Source: a virus (lineage: Duplodnaviria > Caudoviricetes). From it: DNA of 38,109 nucleotides. Where the stretch lies: positions 1-38,109 of IMG/VR virus record IMGVR_UViG_3300021961_000252, one strand, 5' to 3'. Shown piece after piece: positions 34,815-38,109 of this stretch (positions within the stretch are counted from its first letter, which is position 1; each line of letters opens with the position of its first letter). The notes below the pieces were generated by a model. It was not told the origin of the DNA. It saw nothing but the letters and a program-made list of their open reading frames with translations, and made no database searches. A program made the position numbers and the translations under genes.

Positions 34815-36812
34815 ATGTCTGAATTGTCTTTTGATGCCTCCACAGATGAGCTCTTGACTGAGCAAGATCTTGCTTCTTGGGTTGTTGATAAGTGCCGCCA
34901 GTGGCGTGATCACTACGAAAGCAACTACCAAGAGAAGCATGAGGAGTATTATCGCCTCTGGCGTGGTATTTGGTCTCAGGAAGACGTAGAACGCCTCTCA
35001 GAGCGCTCCAAGATCATCGCACCAGCCCTTCAGCAGGCTGTAGAGTCCAATGTGGCTGAACTAGAAGAAGCTACCTTTGGTCGCGGTACTTGGTTTGACA
35101 TCAAAGATGACATGAATGATCCCGAAAGGGCTGACATCATGTATCTAAAGAATAAACTCTCAGAGGACTTTGAAAGAACTCGTGTTCGTAAGTCAGTAGC
35201 AGAGTGTTTGATCAATGCTGCTGTGTTTGGTGTTGGTGTTGCGGAAGTTACCCTTTCTGAAGAAAAAGAAATGGCCCCTGCAACACAGCCTTTGATGGAC
35301 GGTCAGCTTCAGGCGGTGGGTGTTACGATCAAAGACCGGACTGTGGTCAAACTTCGCCCAGTTATGCCTCAAAACTTCCTTATTGACCCTATTGCTACTT
35401 CTATTGAAGAAGCCCTTGGGTGTGCTATTGATGAATTTGTATCGAGACATCAGGTAGAACTCTTGCAAGAACAAGGGGTATATGCTGATGTTTATATTGC
35501 AGACGCAGGCCCTGACACCAACATCGAGCCTGACCAAGACCTGACTGTCTATAGTGACGACAAGATCCGCTTGACCAAGTACTTTGGCCTTGTGCCCCGT
35601 AAGCTTCTTGAGGAAGCTGAGGAGTACGAAGATCTTGGTGGTGAAGATGAAAACAGTATGTACGTAGAAGCAATCGTAGTGATTGCTAATGATGGTGTTC
35701 TTCTAAAAGCAGAACGCAACCCGTACATGATGAATGACCGCCCTGTAATTGCTTTCCCTTGGGACATTGTTCCTGGTCGCTTCTGGGGCCGTGGTGTTTG
35801 TGAAAAGGGCTATAACTCACAAAAGGCACTTGATACTGAACTTAGGGCCCGTATTGACGCCCTTGGCCTGACCGTACACCCTATGATGGCTATGGACGCT
35901 ACCAGGCTTCCTCGTGGCGCTAAGCCCGAGATTCGACCCGGTAAAATCTTGCTTACCAATGGAGACCCTCGTGAAATCCTTCATCCTTTCAATTTTGGAC
36001 AAGTTAACCAAATCACTTTTGCCCAAGCTCAAGCCCTTCAGCAGATGGTTCAGCAAGCTACAGGAGCGGTGGATTCTGCTGGAATCGCCGGACAAGTTAA
36101 CGGTGAAGCTACTGCTGCTGGCATTAGTATGTCTCTTGGTGCTATTATCAAACGGCATAAGCGGACCCTGATCAACTTCCAGCAGTCCTTCCTGATCCCG
36201 TTTGTTGAAAAAGCCGCATGGCGCTATATGCAGTTTGACCCTGAGTCTTATCCTGTATCTGACTATAAGTTTATTGCCACCAGCTCACTTGGTATTATTG
36301 CCCGTGAGTACGAAGTGACTCAGCTTACCCAACTGCTCCAGACCATGCCTCCTGATTCACCTATGTACCCAATCCTTGTTCGTTCTATCGTGGACAACAT
36401 GAACCTTGCGAACCGTGAGGAGCTTATTGCAGCCATTGAACAAGCTGCACAGCCCAACCCTGAAGCACAACAAGCTCAAATGCAGATTCAACAGGCACAA
36501 CTTGCCTTTCAACAAGCACAAACTCAGGTTCTTCAGACTCAAGCACAAGAGTCCAGTGCCCGTGCGCAGAAGCTCCAAGTGGAAGCACAGGCAGTGCCTG
36601 CTGAGCTTGAACTTAAAAAGCTTGACGTTGCTACCAAAAATATGCAAGTCGGTGCTCAAGACGACAAAGAGTTTGAACGTCGGCTTAAAATTGCCGATCT
36701 ACGCCTGAAGCAAAAAGATCTTGAGATCAAAGAAAAATCAGTAGACAACCAAAGAGCACAAAAGCAGAAAGAAGAACAAGCTGAACAGATGTTGATGGAA
36801 CGCCTGTCCTAA
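34815..36812 (+). CDS. Portal protein
   Basis: 665 aa after TerL; NFLIDP, FWGRG..E, Gln-rich C-terminal barrel. Confidence 0.9.
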   Translation: MSELSFDASTDELLTEQDLASWVVDKCRQWRDHYESNYQEKHEEYYRLWRGIWSQEDVERLSERSKIIAPALQQAVESNVAELEEATFGRGTWFDIKDDMNDPERADIMYLKNKLSEDFERTRVRKSVAECLINAAVFGVGVAEVTLSEEKEMAPATQPLMDGQLQAVGVTIKDRTVVKLRPVMPQNFLIDPIATSIEEALGCAIDEFVSRHQVELLQEQGVYADVYIADAGPDTNIEPDQDLTVYSDDKIRLTKYFGLVPRKLLEEAEEYEDLGGEDENSMYVEAIVVIANDGVLLKAERNPYMMNDRPVIAFPWDIVPGRFWGRGVCEKGYNSQKALDTELRARIDALGLTVHPMMAMDATRLPRGAKPEIRPGKILLTNGDPREILHPFNFGQVNQITFAQAQALQQMVQQATGAVDSAGIAGQVNGEATAAGISMSLGAIIKRHKRTLINFQQSFLIPFVEKAAWRYMQFDPESYPVSDYKFIATSSLGIIAREYEVTQLTQLLQTMPPDSPMYPILVRSIVDNMNLANREELIAAIEQAAQPNPEAQQAQMQIQQAQLAFQQAQTQVLQTQAQESSARAQKLQVEAQAVPAELELKKLDVATKNMQVGAQDDKEFERRLKIADLRLKQKDLEIKEKSVDNQRAQKQKEEQAEQMLMERLS

Positions 36813-36816
36813 AATC

Positions 36817-37386
36817 GTGGCTTCTATTGATCTTAAATTAGCTGCTCTTTATGACAAGCTAGACGCAAAGATAGCAGCAGTCTCCACGGTCATTGGCCCT
36901 AAAGGCCCACAAGGCCCTCAGGGGCTTCAGGGGCCTAAAGGTGATCAAGGCCCTAGGGGACCACAGGGGCCCCAAGGTGAACAGGGCCTACGGGGCTCTG
37001 ATGGCCCCAAAGGAGCGCCTGGTGATGATGGTGTGGGGGTTCAGGAAGTCTATGAAGCTGCTGATGGGCAGATTGTATTTTTACTCACCAATGGTGAAGA
37101 ATACAGCATAGAGTTTCCTGAGGGGCTGACTGGTAAGGGTGAAGTAACTAACTATGTAAGCACTTCAGGTGGAACAACTATCCCACCCGTTAAGTTTACT
37201 TCTATCACTTCTACCCCTTACTATATTCAAATTAGCGATCTAATCACTGGACATAATCTTTTTGGTGTAAATACTGGATCTAATGCAACTGTTTACTTGC
37301 CTTCGTTTACTGATTCGGTTAAACTAATCATAATCAATAACGAAATGCAAAGTTATTCAGTAACTGTTGAATCTGACATAGGATAA
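36817..37386 (+). CDS. Collagen-like (Gly-X-Y) fibre protein
   Basis: About 15 consecutive GXY triplets after a coiled-coil N-terminus. Confidence 0.8.
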   Translation: MASIDLKLAALYDKLDAKIAAVSTVIGPKGPQGPQGLQGPKGDQGPRGPQGPQGEQGLRGSDGPKGAPGDDGVGVQEVYEAADGQIVFLLTNGEEYSIEFPEGLTGKGEVTNYVSTSGGTTIPPVKFTSITSTPYYIQISDLITGHNLFGVNTGSNATVYLPSFTDSVKLIIINNEMQSYSVTVESDIG

Positions 37387-37395
37387 ATATATACA

Positions 37396-37773
37396 ATGGC
37401 TTTTCTAATTGATGATGTGTATGATTCTGGTCTTTCTTACGTTAGCACTAATGCTAATCGTCTTGATATCTGTAGCACTGAACCAACCACTTATACTCAA
37501 GCAACCTCTACATACACCCTTGGAAACAAAACTTCCTTGAGTGTAGGTTCCCCAACTAACCATACCCCTGATGGGCGTAAGGTGGTTGTAACTGCAATTA
37601 CTGATGGCACTGTAAGTGGCACTGGAACTGCAGCTTATTGGGCAATTACCAAAACGTCAACTTCCACTTTGATTGCCACTGGTTCCTTGACCAGCTCACA
37701 GGCAGTCACAAGTGGTAATACTTTTACCCTGGATGCAATTAACATTGCTATCCGTGACGCTACTTCTGTATAA
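37396..37773 (+). CDS. Small Thr/Ser-rich virion protein (putative fibre subunit)
   Basis: 125 aa; GTVSGTGTAAYWAI...G.L...QAVTSGNTFTL. Confidence 0.7.
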   Translation: MAFLIDDVYDSGLSYVSTNANRLDICSTEPTTYTQATSTYTLGNKTSLSVGSPTNHTPDGRKVVVTAITDGTVSGTGTAAYWAITKTSTSTLIATGSLTSSQAVTSGNTFTLDAINIAIRDATSV

Positions 37774-37775
37774 CC

Positions 37776-38109
37776 ATGGATGTATTTCTTATCAAAGACG
37801 GAAAGGTGGACAACTGCATTTGTGCGGATAGTGTTGCCCGCGCACAACAGTTTTACCCTGACCACATTTGCATCGAGCGCACTGACGATCTGCGTGCCTA
37901 CGGTCCGGGCGATCTGTACGATGGCACCAACTTTTCAAAGGCTCCCTACGTGCGCGTCATCGCTCCTGTCACCCGACTGGAGTTCCTGCGTCGATTCACA
38001 CCTGAGCAGCGCATCGCAATCCGGGCATCAAATGACCCGGTAATCATTGACGCCCACGAACTGCTTGATATCGCCACCGATATTTCTGTTGATGACCCGG
38101 ACACGATCC
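37776..38109 (+). CDS. Partial CDS, tail-fibre-assembly-like protein (MDVFLIKDGKVDNCICAD...)
   Basis: Frame open to window end; I.DG.V.N, GD.YDG..F, TRLEFLRRFTPEQR; missed by ORF track. Confidence 0.7.
   Translation, partial: MDVFLIKDGKVDNCICADSVARAQQFYPDHICIERTDDLRAYGPGDLYDGTNFSKAPYVRVIAPVTRLEFLRRFTPEQRIAIRASNDPVIIDAHELLDIATDISVDDPDTI

Noticed and set aside
37780-38043. 87-aa ORF from the track
   Set aside because: Wrong frame; the frame from ATG 37776 gives a protein-like sequence open to the window end.
1-38109. Stop-codon recoding, introns/inteins, tRNAs, integrase
   Set aside because: Core genes are intact and of normal length in code 11; no such elements recognised by eye (tRNAscan/Infernal not run).

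Overview
Near-complete, circularly permuted genome of a lytic, podovirus-like tailed phage. A plus-strand virion arm starts near 32.3 kb (TerS, lysozyme, TerL, portal, fibre-like genes). It runs off the window end and resumes at position 1 (scaffold, major capsid, 1235-aa repeat tail fibre, Gly-rich adhesin, holin, adaptor/nozzle, three probable ejection proteins). It converges at a bidirectional terminator (~17.35 kb) with a minus-strand early/replication arm. That arm holds Gp88-like, DenV-like, SSB, T7-like primase-helicase and PolA, three nucleases, DUF3310, MazG-like and a B12-dependent class II RNR. I see no RNA polymerase, integrase, tRNA or CRISPR array. This two-arm layout resembles Zobellviridae/cobaviruses (inference). 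The repeat-rich non-coding block at ~31.65-32.33 kb probably holds the physical genome ends. The window ends do not overlap and both fall in a GC/CpG-richer cassette. Best leads: (i) a possible 'ruler + subunit' fibre module between portal and scaffold; (ii) an apparently foreign fragment behind a phage RBS that truncates one copy of a paralog pair; (iii) a beta-helix gene inserted at start-codon microhomologies; (iv) Chi-like, G-tract and 10-bp-phased arrays at the putative termini. All family calls come from motif recognition by eye; no searches were run.
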